DNA of 64,000 bases from NCBI GenBank assembly GCA_033764955.1, contig JANRIL010000024.1, positions 153,621 through 217,620 on the forward strand, read 5' to 3'. The translations under genes were made by a program, and so were the position numbers. The notes beneath the pieces are model-generated. The model did not search any database. It was not told where the DNA came from and was given only the letters and a program-made list of their open reading frames with translations. This DNA comes from Cyanobacteriota bacterium. Its GTDB lineage: Bacteria; Cyanobacteriota; Cyanobacteriia; Thermostichales; Thermostichaceae. Positions 9,165-18,977 of this stretch are shown piece after piece; positions within the stretch are counted from its first letter, which is position 1, and the number at the start of each line of letters is the position of its first letter.

Positions 9165-10391
9165 CTAACGGCGGCGGCTGCCAAAATCAACGTTGGTGAC
9201 AACTTGCCCAGCCGCCAGGTTAATCGTGTAGAACCCTGCCGGAGCTTCTGGGGTGGATCCCGTAATACTTGTGACAAAGCTGACAAAGCTGGAAACCCTT
9301 GTGTAAATGCCCGGAAAATCGGGCTGGGCACAGCCAAAACCAAAGCTGGTGATGCCCGCTAGCAAAGCACTACTGCCGGAACCAACGATCAGAGGGCCGC
9401 CGCTATCCCCTTGGCAGGTATCCACCCCCCCTTCCAAAAAACCCGCACACAACATCGAGTCAATCAGAATGCCGTCATAGGAGCTGGGCGCATTACAGGT
9501 GGCGTTGGACTGAATGGGAACCTGAGCCTCCTGCAATTCAGTGGGAAAGCCTGAGGGGGGTAAAACCAGTCCTCTGGGATTGGTGGCTCCCCAGCCAATG
9601 ATGGTGGATTCGGTGCCGGGGGTGGTGCTGGCTTCGGAAGTAACCAAGGGAATCGGGGTTAAGGGGCTAGGAGTGACCAACTTTACCAGCGCTAAATCCG
9701 ATCCTCCTGCCTGGGAGTCAGATGGATCATAGTCGGGGTGAATGACAATCTCAGAGACCGCCAAACGGGTGCCAGAGTCATTTCCCAACGTATTCGTGCC
9801 CAGCAAGATCTCTAGGTCGTCAGGAAAGACATTTTGGCGGTCGGTGTCGGTGCTAAAAAAGCAGTGGGCAGCCGTCAACACCCACTCCGAGGTAATCAGG
9901 GATCCCGCACAAAACTGAGCCGTTAAGGTGTTGGGATCACTAGCAATGAGGAGCCCCGCCATCCAAGGAAAGGCTCCCTCGGCGGCATCAGCCCCCCCCA
10001 CAATCAAACCCGTTCGATCCGTCTCATCTGGTTGCGTCTGAATGCGGTCGGCGGGCACAACGGCGGCCACTCGATAGGATCCCGCACTCAAATTAAAAAA
10101 AGTGAAATTGCCTCCGCTGTCGCTGGTGGTGGATAGCTCTCCACTGTCCAGTTGACCATTTTGATTTTGGTCGAGGAAAGCTACAGCTCCTGCCAGTCCT
10201 GGTTCGCCACTATCACGCTCTCCATTCCCATTCAAATCATCGTAGTGGATCCCTTGGATCTGACCGAGGTTGGGAGGAGGAGCCGTCGTGGAATCTGAGG
10301 AGCCGCCGCAAGCAGTTAAGAGCATCACTAAGCCAGCGCAAGCCGCCCAACCGGGATAGCGAATAGGGAAAATCAGGCTGGTTTGAATCAT
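9165..10391 (-). CDS. Lipoprotein with a trypsin-like S1 serine protease and an SdrD-B-like domain
   Basis: Lipobox LLTAC; IVGG, LTAAHC, DLALVKL and GDSGGPL (triad intact); DxNGNG..D.GE repeats. Confidence 0.88.
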   Translation of the reverse strand: MIQTSLIFPIRYPGWAACAGLVMLLTACGGSSDSTTAPPPNLGQIQGIHYDDLNGNGERDSGEPGLAGAVAFLDQNQNGQLDSGELSTTSDSGGNFTFFNLSAGSYRVAAVVPADRIQTQPDETDRTGLIVGGADAAEGAFPWMAGLLIASDPNTLTAQFCAGSLITSEWVLTAAHCFFSTDTDRQNVFPDDLEILLGTNTLGNDSGTRLAVSEIVIHPDYDPSDSQAGGSDLALVKLVTPSPLTPIPLVTSEASTTPGTESTIIGWGATNPRGLVLPPSGFPTELQEAQVPIQSNATCNAPSSYDGILIDSMLCAGFLEGGVDTCQGDSGGPLIVGSGSSALLAGITSFGFGCAQPDFPGIYTRVSSFVSFVTSITGSTPEAPAGFYTINLAAGQVVTNVDFGSRRR

Positions 10392-10679
10392 AACGCTCCC
10401 TTTTCTTTTGAGACTCCGCATCCTTGCCACTTCACACCCATCAAGCACGGCACAAAACTCCTATCTAAGTAAAGGTTTAGCCGTTGTGTTCTCAGCATAG
10501 GAGAGAAGCGCTTGATTCGGTGAGTGCGGATCTTCCTAAAGTTTTCCGAAACATCCCCAGTGTGATTGGTGGCTTCAGCCGATGCCGTATTTGAATATAA
10601 AATACCGTTTGCTTCTGGGCGGCTATAGAGAGTTAAGGTTTTTAGCAGTGATGAATAAGTGTCTGGGAGATCTTGATTC

Positions 10680-13247
10680 ATGGCAATCCGCAGTAGGAAA
10701 GATGCTTTATGGTTCCCTCCCGTTGGGTTGCTAAGGATCTTGTCCAGCCTAGGATTGCTGAGTTTAAGCTGGCTAATGTCGGGTTGTGGTGGAACCAGCG
10801 ACTCCACAGCATTGCCATTCCCCGACTCCAGCCTGACTATCCTAGTGGATCCCGACAACGGTCCCCTCAAAACCCTGCAAGAGGCCATCAGCGAAGCGGA
10901 TCGCCAGCAAAATGCCACCCCTAACCTGAATGTCTTGATTGAGATTGTCGGCTCCGGTTCAGAGTCTCTTACTTCCACCCTCAGCCTGGATGGGGGCAAC
11001 GGCACCAACGGCGGTAAAGTCACCGTGCAAACCACAGAGGGATCCGTTCCGTCCTATCAAATCCTGACCGGACTGGCGGACTTAATCATTCCTGCCGAAA
11101 CCCAGCTGAATGACCTGAGTGTCAGCCTCAATAATGGGGGGCAACTGCAGGTCACCGGAGGACAAATTCAAAACTCCAAAATTACGGTAGCTTCTCAACA
11201 ATCCCAAATTCGGGTATCGGGATCCCCATTGAGTGGGTTGTTGGACTTGGTGATTGATTGCCAGCAATTTGCCGATAGTTGTTTATCACTTACAACAGAT
11301 GCCACGTTGCAACGGATCGAGTTGACCCATAGCTCTCAGCAAACGGGCAGCATCGGCATCAAAGTAGAGGCAGGCAGCCGTCCCAACATTTTGGATAGTT
11401 TAGTGGGGATCGTGGGAGCCGCCAATCAAGTCGGGATCCAGTTTGAGAGCAACACAGGTGGACAATTGGAGAATGTCGAGGTGGATGGGGCAAAAGAGGC
11501 TGGCGAAAACCGGAGTACAGACAAGTGGCCAGAAGGGAGAGTCAATGTTACCCAACCCACAACCGGAATGGTCTTAGCCGCAAGCGATGCCAACCCCACG
11601 ATTCGCCAGAGTCGTTTTCGGGTGGGGCAGTTTTCCAGCAGCGCCGGCATCCGCATTTTGGCGGGTACTCAGCCAGGGCAAATTAGTGAGAATGACTTTG
11701 TTTCCTCCCGTCCGGGATCTGGCATCGGCATTCGGGTGGCAGCCGGGACACCCAGCCTAGTCGTGAATGAATACCTTAACAGCAATACCTTCGATGACAA
11801 TTTGCTGATTGCCGTGGGATCCAATGCCGCCTCAGCCACCCCTTCCCCCCAGCCTGGTGCCACCCCGGTTAGCGACCCCGAACCGACCCCCACTGGCCCT
11901 CAACCCAACCCAACCCCCGATCCTACGGTGATCACCACCCTTGCTGACGAGGGAGAGGGATCCCTGCGGCAGGCCATCCTAACGGCCAATGGGTTGGGGC
12001 AACCAGTTGAAATTACCTTTGCTGCCGAATTAGTGTCCACCCCCATTACCATTGCCCTCACCGAGAGTTTGCCTACCATTGAAACGGTTTTAACCCTTAC
12101 CTCACCCGCCGCCGATTTGGTGACGATTGATGGGCAAGGGGCAACGCGACTATTTGCCGTTCAGCCGGGAGCGTCCCTGACCCTCAACAACTTGACCCTA
12201 ACCCGTGGATTTCACCCTGAACGGGGGGGATCCCTGCTCAATGAGGGGGGAAGCCTGACCTTGCAGGGAGTCGTGGTGCGAGAAAGCATCGCTCCTGTGG
12301 GGGGAGGAATTTATAATGCGGCGGGGTTTCTCACCATCCTAGGGGGATCCCTGTCAGCCAACCAAGCCACCGGCGTCGAAGCGATGGATGAAGCGGGCGG
12401 TGGTGCTATCGCCAGCAGTGGGGGCGGCATCGTTACCCTCGTGGGCACGACCCTGAGCAACAATACTGCCGTCGGAGATGGCGGGGCGGTGATGGCTCTA
12501 GAAGGATTCTTAACCGTTGTCAGCACCTTCCTGACAGGAAACACCACCACTGGAGCAACGCCGCAGGGATCCGATGGCGGAGCGATTTTTAGCCGGGACA
12601 GCCTGGTCACTCTAGAAACAGCAGAAATCACCGACAATGTTGCCGCCGATGATGGCGGGGGATTGTGGGTTCTGGGGGGTTCCACCAATATCTTGAATAC
12701 GCGGATTGTCAATAACCAAGCCGGAGATGCCTATGGTGGCCTAGGGATCCTCAACAATCCGGCCTTCTCGATTACCACTACCACCCTCTCTGGTAACTCA
12801 TCGGGAACTGGTCTTCCTGCCAGCGACAGTCAGGAGGGCTTGATTGGGGGAGGGGCAGGTATTTTGGGCAGTACGGGAGCTATTCTCAACAGTCAGATTG
12901 ACAACAATAGCACCGTCAGATTGGGGGGCGGGTTATGGATTGGCGAGAGAGCCAACGTCACCCTGACCAACATTAGCTTGACGGCCAATACCGCAGAGTA
13001 TGGCGGTGGCGTGTTTATGAATAATAGTCGGCTCACAATAGCGGGGAGCAGTTTTGTCAATAACTCAGCGACTTTCGATGGAGGAGCCATTTTCGACAAT
13101 CGCGGAGTATTGCTGCCTACCGGGATCCCCTTGACAGGAGATGGCATGTTTTTGGGGATTGAGTTTATGGGCAATACCCCCAACAACCTAAATAGCAGTC
13201 CCTTGCCCCTACTGCCCACCCCATCCCCCACCCCCCCCCAAGAGTAA
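10680..13247 (+). CDS. Large surface lipoprotein with parallel beta-helix and GGAI/FxxN (polymorphic membrane protein-like) repeats
   Basis: Lipobox LMSGC; GSLRQAI..AN motif; repeated GGGAI/GGAI/GGGL with N..A; Pro-Thr linkers. Confidence 0.75.
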   Translation: MAIRSRKDALWFPPVGLLRILSSLGLLSLSWLMSGCGGTSDSTALPFPDSSLTILVDPDNGPLKTLQEAISEADRQQNATPNLNVLIEIVGSGSESLTSTLSLDGGNGTNGGKVTVQTTEGSVPSYQILTGLADLIIPAETQLNDLSVSLNNGGQLQVTGGQIQNSKITVASQQSQIRVSGSPLSGLLDLVIDCQQFADSCLSLTTDATLQRIELTHSSQQTGSIGIKVEAGSRPNILDSLVGIVGAANQVGIQFESNTGGQLENVEVDGAKEAGENRSTDKWPEGRVNVTQPTTGMVLAASDANPTIRQSRFRVGQFSSSAGIRILAGTQPGQISENDFVSSRPGSGIGIRVAAGTPSLVVNEYLNSNTFDDNLLIAVGSNAASATPSPQPGATPVSDPEPTPTGPQPNPTPDPTVITTLADEGEGSLRQAILTANGLGQPVEITFAAELVSTPITIALTESLPTIETVLTLTSPAADLVTIDGQGATRLFAVQPGASLTLNNLTLTRGFHPERGGSLLNEGGSLTLQGVVVRESIAPVGGGIYNAAGFLTILGGSLSANQATGVEAMDEAGGGAIASSGGGIVTLVGTTLSNNTAVGDGGAVMALEGFLTVVSTFLTGNTTTGATPQGSDGGAIFSRDSLVTLETAEITDNVAADDGGGLWVLGGSTNILNTRIVNNQAGDAYGGLGILNNPAFSITTTTLSGNSSGTGLPASDSQEGLIGGGAGILGSTGAILNSQIDNNSTVRLGGGLWIGERANVTLTNISLTANTAEYGGGVFMNNSRLTIAGSSFVNNSATFDGGAIFDNRGVLLPTGIPLTGDGMFLGIEFMGNTPNNLNSSPLPLLPTPSPTPPQE

Positions 13248-13307
13248 GTTTGTGTTTTATCAGTGGGGAAGAAGGTTTTCCGAGGTTCCTGAACACTCAA
13301 GACAGGA

Positions 13308-14183
13308 TCAGGCGTCTTTCTCTTCCGGTTTGACGCGGGTTTTCCGCTCCAAGAGTTCTTTGGCAATCAGGGTGACAACGGCGAGTAGCGTTAACAAAAC
13401 AGCCGCCGAATAAGCGGACTCCGTTTGGTATTGTTTGTACGCATCTTCTACAAACAGAGGGAGGGTTTGGGTTTTACCGGCAATGTTGCCGGAGACCACC
13501 GCCACCGCCCCAAACTCCCCCATGGCGCGGGAGTTGGTCAAAATCACCCCATAGAGCAATCCCCAGCGAATATTCGGCAGGGTGACCCGCCAAAAGGTTT
13601 GCCAGCTATTCGCCCCCAGGGTTTGAGCCGCTTCTTCTTGATCGCTGCCCGCTTCCTCTAAAACCGGGATGACTTCCCGCGCCACAAAGGGCATGGTGAT
13701 AAAAGCAGTCGCCAGTAGGATCCCTGGCAAGGCAAAAATAATCTTGATATCCATGCTATTCAGCCAAGGACCTAACCAACCATTGCGGCCAAATAGTAAG
13801 ACAAACATTAACCCTGCCACTACCGGAGAGACGGAAAAAGGCAGGTCAATCAAGCTCAACAAAAATGTCCGTCCTGGAAATTGATGACGGGCAATCACCC
13901 AGGCGGCGCAAAGACCAAAAATGGTGTTGAGGGGAACTACGATCAACGCCACAATCAATGTCAACCGCACAGATGCCAAAAAGTTTCTCTCCAGCAAATT
14001 ATCCCAGAAAGCCCCAATTCCCTGGCTAAATGCCTGAATAAAGACATTAGCCATCGGTAAAATAAGCAAAACCCCCAAATAGAGGACAACGACGCTAATT
14101 AAAAGTGGCTTCACCCACACTGGACTAGTAGTGGATGGTGGGATCCGATCCGATGATGGAGCATTGGAAACATCATGACTCAT
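13308..14183 (-). CDS. cysW: Sulfate ABC transporter permease CysW
   Basis: IDLPFSVSPVVAGL, PFVAREVIP, TLPNIRWGLLYGV, RAMGEFGAV. Confidence 0.93.
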   Translation of the reverse strand: MSHDVSNAPSSDRIPPSTTSPVWVKPLLISVVVLYLGVLLILPMANVFIQAFSQGIGAFWDNLLERNFLASVRLTLIVALIVVPLNTIFGLCAAWVIARHQFPGRTFLLSLIDLPFSVSPVVAGLMFVLLFGRNGWLGPWLNSMDIKIIFALPGILLATAFITMPFVAREVIPVLEEAGSDQEEAAQTLGANSWQTFWRVTLPNIRWGLLYGVILTNSRAMGEFGAVAVVSGNIAGKTQTLPLFVEDAYKQYQTESAYSAAVLLTLLAVVTLIAKELLERKTRVKPEEKDA

Positions 14184-15024
14184 GGCGACGCCCCCATACT
14201 TGTAGAAAGTTAATGCCTAACAACGAAATCAGGGAAAAAATTAGCAAAACTGTACCAATCACCGTCGCTCCGGCATAGTCATATTGCTCAAGCTTTTGAA
14301 TAACTAATACCGCCGAAATCAAATCTTGAAAAGGGATCCCAGCCGCAATAATCACAATCGAGCCATATTCCCCCACCGCCCGTGAAAACCCTAGGGCAAC
14401 TCCCGTCAAAACGGCTGGCATCAATTGTGGCAAAACCACTTTATAAAAGGTTTGAAACGGGGAGGCTCCCAAACACCAGGCTGCCTCTTCAATATCTTTC
14501 TCCATTTCTTGCAGCACGGGCTGAACGGTTCGCACCACAAAAGGTAGGGCAATAAACAACATCGCCACCCCCACCCCTAAACGAGTAAAGGAGATGCGGA
14601 TCCCAAAGGGAGTAAATAGTGATCCGATCCAGCCGTTATCACTATAAACAGTGGCTAACGTCAAGCCAGCAACCGCAGTGGGCAGGGCAAACGGCAGATC
14701 AATCACACCCTCTAACAATCGCTTCAACGGAAAGTTATAGCGCACCAAAACCCAGGCCGTTATCAATCCAAACACACCATCAATTAAGGCAGCTATGAAA
14801 GCCGTAACGAAGGTAACTTCATAGCTAGAAACCGCCACTTCATCGGTGGCCACCTGCCAGAAGTTTACCGGGCCTTCTGTCAATGATTTCAGAATCATCG
14901 CTGTCATTGGGATCAGCAACATCAGGGTCAAGTAGCCCACAGTGATGCGCCAAGGCCAGGAAACTTGACCCCACCAGCGCAGAGGATTCCAGTTTTGGGA
15001 AGATTGTAAAGGTGTTGTTGTCAT
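14173..15024 (-). CDS. cysT: Sulfate ABC transporter permease CysT
   Basis: AWVLVRY.FP, DLPFALPTAVAG, LPFVVRTVQP, FSRAVGEYGS. Confidence 0.93.
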   Translation of the reverse strand: MTTTPLQSSQNWNPLRWWGQVSWPWRITVGYLTLMLLIPMTAMILKSLTEGPVNFWQVATDEVAVSSYEVTFVTAFIAALIDGVFGLITAWVLVRYNFPLKRLLEGVIDLPFALPTAVAGLTLATVYSDNGWIGSLFTPFGIRISFTRLGVGVAMLFIALPFVVRTVQPVLQEMEKDIEEAAWCLGASPFQTFYKVVLPQLMPAVLTGVALGFSRAVGEYGSIVIIAAGIPFQDLISAVLVIQKLEQYDYAGATVIGTVLLIFSLISLLGINFLQVWGRRHES

Positions 15025-15044
15025 AGAGCTTAGAGATGAATAAA

Positions 15045-16082
15045 CTAACTATCATTAGTGGAGATTTGAGCTTGAATTTGATCGAAAATAGCCCTCTGAT
15101 CAAACATTTTTTTCTGGATTGTTGACCAGTCTCCAATATCATGAGCACTAAATAGGCGTTTCACCTCAGGAAACGTGGCCTGAAACTCTGCGGCGACTGA
15201 AGGATTTACAGGGCGAAAGCCAACTTTGGCAAATTCCCTTTGAGCAGTGGGGGTATAGAGGAATTGCACAAAGGCTTCGGCTGCTTCTCGCGTATTATGC
15301 TTATCCACATTTTTATCGACAACAGCTATCGGATTATCAACGGATATATTGACCGCTGGTATCACATAAGGCAAATTTTCCCCATTGAGTTGGGCTAAAA
15401 TTACCTCGTTTTCATAAGTGATGAGAGCATCTCCCTGCTGTCGCTTAAAAAAGATATCCGTAGCCTCGCGGGCATCCCTGGGCAGAACCGGTACATTATC
15501 AAAAACTTGGCTGGCAAATGCAAAGGCGTCTGCTTCTCCACCCCCCTCTAACAATTGGGATCCCCAAAGCGCCAAAAAATTCCAGCGAGCGCTCCCCGAT
15601 GTTTTGGGATTGGGAGTGATCACATCCATATCGGGTCGGGTGAGATCAGCCCAATCCTCAATCTGTTTGGGATTGCCGGGTCGGGTCACAATCACACTCA
15701 CCGATTGGGTGAGAATACCATCGCCATTAGGAGTTTCCGCCGCCCAGCCAGGGGCAATCAACCCCGCCGCCTCAATTTTTTCCACGTCCAGGGCTAGGGC
15801 TAAATGCACCACATCCGCTTCTAAGCCGTCAATGACCGCCCGTGCTTGACTGCCGGATCCCCCATAGCTCTGATAAATCACCACCTCCTGCTGATGTTGC
15901 TGCCGCCAAGCTTCCTCAAACAAAGGAATGATCTCGTCATAGGCAGCTTTGGTAACGGCAAAAGAAGCCAATGTTAACTCAACGCGGGGCTGGGATCCGC
16001 ATCCCACCACCAACCCCCACAGGCTGAGCAGAGATCCGATAGTGGTCAAAAAAGCTGGCAGGTGAAGCCAATGGCTGGACAT
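15045..16082 (-). CDS. sbpA: Sulfate ABC transporter substrate-binding protein
   Basis: QSYGGSGSQARAVIDGLEADVV, PNPKTSG.ARWNFLA, GDALITYENE. Confidence 0.92.
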   Translation of the reverse strand: MSSHWLHLPAFLTTIGSLLSLWGLVVGCGSQPRVELTLASFAVTKAAYDEIIPLFEEAWRQQHQQEVVIYQSYGGSGSQARAVIDGLEADVVHLALALDVEKIEAAGLIAPGWAAETPNGDGILTQSVSVIVTRPGNPKQIEDWADLTRPDMDVITPNPKTSGSARWNFLALWGSQLLEGGGEADAFAFASQVFDNVPVLPRDAREATDIFFKRQQGDALITYENEVILAQLNGENLPYVIPAVNISVDNPIAVVDKNVDKHNTREAAEAFVQFLYTPTAQREFAKVGFRPVNPSVAAEFQATFPEVKRLFSAHDIGDWSTIQKKMFDQRAIFDQIQAQISTNDS

Positions 16083-16120
16083 AACGGGTTGGAGTGTAGA
16101 GATTCTGGATAAGCAAGATA

Positions 16121-16143
16121 CTACGGTAAGTTTATCGACTTAC
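16121..16143. promoter_or_regulatory. Candidate operator upstream of the sulfate uptake operon
   Basis: Perfect inverted repeat GTAAGT-N6-ACTTAC (16126-16143) about 45 bp upstream of sbpA. Confidence 0.35.
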
Positions 16144-16378
16144 GAGACTAACTAAAAGCATAGACAAATCTTAGCAGTACTCCAAAGCGATTACATTACA
16201 CTTGTACGCAAAACCTAGGCGAACCATAGGCAAACAAGTTGTCTGCCAAAAAAAATGTCTGGCAGAAAAGGAGCCGACAAAAACCGGGGATCCCTATGGA
16301 ATAGCGGCAGCCAGCAGACTTTGGTTGACGGGATCCCAGGGATCAGAGAGATTGAATGAGGTGGCTGAGGCTGGAAGG

Positions 16379-17623
16379 ATGGGCAGTTGGTTCCGTTCAT
16401 TGCGATTGTGGGTGGCGTTGCTGGTCACTCTATTGATGCTTTGGGGGGGAGATACACAGCTTAGTGCCACAGGAGAGACCCAAAGCCAAGTCACGACCTA
16501 TCTCAACCAACTGGCGGCACAAGGGATCCCAACAACCCAGCAGGGGATATGGATACAAGCCAACGATCAGGTGCTTGTTGATCACCAAGGGCGGATCCCT
16601 TTACCAGCGGCTTCCCTCACCAAAGTCGCCACCTCTCTCGCCAGTTTGGTCAGCCTGGGGTCAGACTACCGCTTTATCACCACTTTGTCCGCTAACGGAT
16701 CCGTAGCCAAGGGGGTTTTGCAGGGGGATCTGCTGGTGCAGGGATCCGCCGATCCATTTTTTGTTTGGGAAGATGCCATCGCCGTGGGTAACGCCCTGAA
16801 TCAACTGGGTATTCGTCAGGTCACAGGTAACCTGGTGGTGGTGGGATCCTTCTATATGAATTTTTTCCCCGATCCCAAAAAGTCGGGATCCCTACTGCAG
16901 CAAGGCTTAAATAGCCAGCTTTGGCCCCCCGAAGCCGCCGCCCAGTTTCAAACCCTGCCTAGCTCAACCCCCCGCCCGCAGGTGGAGATTTTAGGCTCGG
17001 TTCAATGGGCTGCCTCCCCCCAAAAAGCCGCTCGACCTCTCCTGCAACACGCCTCTCTGCCCCTGGTGGAACTGGTAAAACGGATGAATCTTTACAGCAA
17101 CAATCTGATGGCTGACATGCTGGCCGATCATCTGGGAGGAGCCGCCGCCGTTGCCCAAATCGTTGCCCAACAAACGGGTCTGCCAACGGACGAAATTCAA
17201 CTGGTGAATGGCTCTGGGTTAGGCGTCGATAATCGCCTCTCAGCTCGTGCAGCGGTGGCACTGTTTCTGGCGCTAGATCGCTATCTGACCGCTCACGATC
17301 TGACAGTGGCGGACGGGTTTGCTGTTGTTGGGCAGGATGAGGGGGTTTTGGAGAAACGCCTTTTACCAGCCCTGTTGGTGGCAAAATCTGGCACCCTCAA
17401 CGGGGTCAGTACCCTAGCAGGTGCTCTCCCCACCCAAAATCAAGGGATCCTCTGGTTTGCCATTCTCAATCAGGGAGCCGATTTAGTGGGATTGCGAACC
17501 GCCCAAGGACAACTGCTGCAAAATCTGCTCAAGGAATGGGGATCCCCAACCAGCTTGCCCGCCCAGCTCACCCCCCAATTTCCTGCCACCGACAAAACTA
17601 CTCGCCTACAAAACCTGGGCTAA
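16379..17623 (+). CDS. dacB: D-alanyl-D-alanine carboxypeptidase (peptidase S13, PBP4-like)
   Basis: PAASLTK (SxxK), YSNN (SxN), NGSGL, AKSGTL; ATG at 16379 precedes a signal peptide. Confidence 0.85.
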   Translation: MGSWFRSLRLWVALLVTLLMLWGGDTQLSATGETQSQVTTYLNQLAAQGIPTTQQGIWIQANDQVLVDHQGRIPLPAASLTKVATSLASLVSLGSDYRFITTLSANGSVAKGVLQGDLLVQGSADPFFVWEDAIAVGNALNQLGIRQVTGNLVVVGSFYMNFFPDPKKSGSLLQQGLNSQLWPPEAAAQFQTLPSSTPRPQVEILGSVQWAASPQKAARPLLQHASLPLVELVKRMNLYSNNLMADMLADHLGGAAAVAQIVAQQTGLPTDEIQLVNGSGLGVDNRLSARAAVALFLALDRYLTAHDLTVADGFAVVGQDEGVLEKRLLPALLVAKSGTLNGVSTLAGALPTQNQGILWFAILNQGADLVGLRTAQGQLLQNLLKEWGSPTSLPAQLTPQFPATDKTTRLQNLG

Positions 17624-17663
17624 AACGGAGGAGCAATTGACCAAGCGAGATGGCAGGTATGGA

Positions 17664-18827
17664 ATGACTGGGCATTGGCTTGAATGGGGACTGTGGATCA
17701 CGACAGGATCCCTGTTTTTTTTAAGTTTGTGGATCCTGATTCCGGCTCCTCTATTTAGCCTCTTGCCCTTGTCGGTGGGGGTTCCCGAACTCAGCCCCAT
17801 CTTATGGTTGATCAGTTGGGGGGTGATGGGGCTAGTGGGACTGGCTATCTACACTGGCTACATAACTGGCTCTGGGCCATTTTGGGTGGGGCTGGTAGCC
17901 TGGGGGATTTTCTCCATCCCCTTGGTCATGCTCCCCTCGACTATTCGCCATGCCGCAGACCTGCTCCAGCCGATGGCATCGGGATCCCAACCCTCTTTAT
18001 CCATTCGATATCGCCTGACTGGTATTCCCCTACCTGCGATTGCCCCGGTGCGGGAAGAAGTATTTGCTCGCCCAGAGGGGATCCCTCTCACTCTGCGAAT
18101 CTATCGTCCTGGGGATGAGGCTATCCATCCTGGGGTGCTGGTGATTTATGGAGGGGCTTGGCAACGGGGATCGTCGGCAGACAATGCTCAAGCCAACCAG
18201 TTTTTGGCCGGACAAGGTTACACGGTGATTGCCCTCGACTACCGTCATGCTCCCGCCTATCGGTTCCCGGCGGCACTTCAGGATGTCAAGAGAGGCTGGC
18301 AGTATGTCCAAGATCATGCGGTAGATCTCAAGGTCGATGTGCAGCGGATGGCTGTTATGGGTCGCTCAGCAGGGGGGCATCTGGCGATGCTCTTAGCCTA
18401 CCAAACCCACCCGTCACCATTTCGGGCGGTGGTTAATTTCTATGGCCCTGTGGATTTGGCAAGAGCCTATGCCCATCCTCCCCGTCCGGATCCCATCAAT
18501 ACCCGCGCCGTCCTGGAGGCATTCTTGGGGGGATCCCCAGCCGTCATGCCAGAGCGTTATCGACAGGCTTCTCCCATCCATAGCGTCGGATCCCAGAAAC
18601 CACCGACGTTGCTGATCTATGGCCGCCGCGATCACATTGTTCCCCCCCACTATGGCCGCCTGTTGGCACAACAGTTATCGGATCAAGGGAACTCAGCCTT
18701 CTTAGTTGAAATTCCCTGGGCGGATCATGCCTTTGATGCCGTATTTTCGGGACTCAGCTCCCAGCTCGCTCTGGAGACTACCCGTTATTTTCTCTCCTCC
18801 ACCCTTGTAGTGAACTACCCCTCCTGA
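17664..18827 (+). CDS. Membrane-anchored alpha/beta hydrolase (esterase/lipase)
   Basis: YGGAW, GRSAGGHLA nucleophile elbow, D.IVP, WADHAFD; N-terminal TM helices. Confidence 0.85.
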   Translation: MTGHWLEWGLWITTGSLFFLSLWILIPAPLFSLLPLSVGVPELSPILWLISWGVMGLVGLAIYTGYITGSGPFWVGLVAWGIFSIPLVMLPSTIRHAADLLQPMASGSQPSLSIRYRLTGIPLPAIAPVREEVFARPEGIPLTLRIYRPGDEAIHPGVLVIYGGAWQRGSSADNAQANQFLAGQGYTVIALDYRHAPAYRFPAALQDVKRGWQYVQDHAVDLKVDVQRMAVMGRSAGGHLAMLLAYQTHPSPFRAVVNFYGPVDLARAYAHPPRPDPINTRAVLEAFLGGSPAVMPERYRQASPIHSVGSQKPPTLLIYGRRDHIVPPHYGRLLAQQLSDQGNSAFLVEIPWADHAFDAVFSGLSSQLALETTRYFLSSTLVVNYPS

Positions 18828-18977
18828 TCGGCTCATCCACTAAAGGGGTGAGAGGGAATGAACGATGGAAAGAATGGAGTCAGAAGGACATGACGGCTTG
18901 AGGGCTGTAAGGGGTGAGTTGTAGGCAGCGGGATGCCTCTAGATAAAGACCCGCGAGGGATTCCCTTGGCTTATTCT

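Noticed and set aside
10388..11035. Numerous 60-215 aa ORFs overlapping confident genes (this one as an example)
   Set aside because: Antisense or out-of-frame shadows with no motifs.
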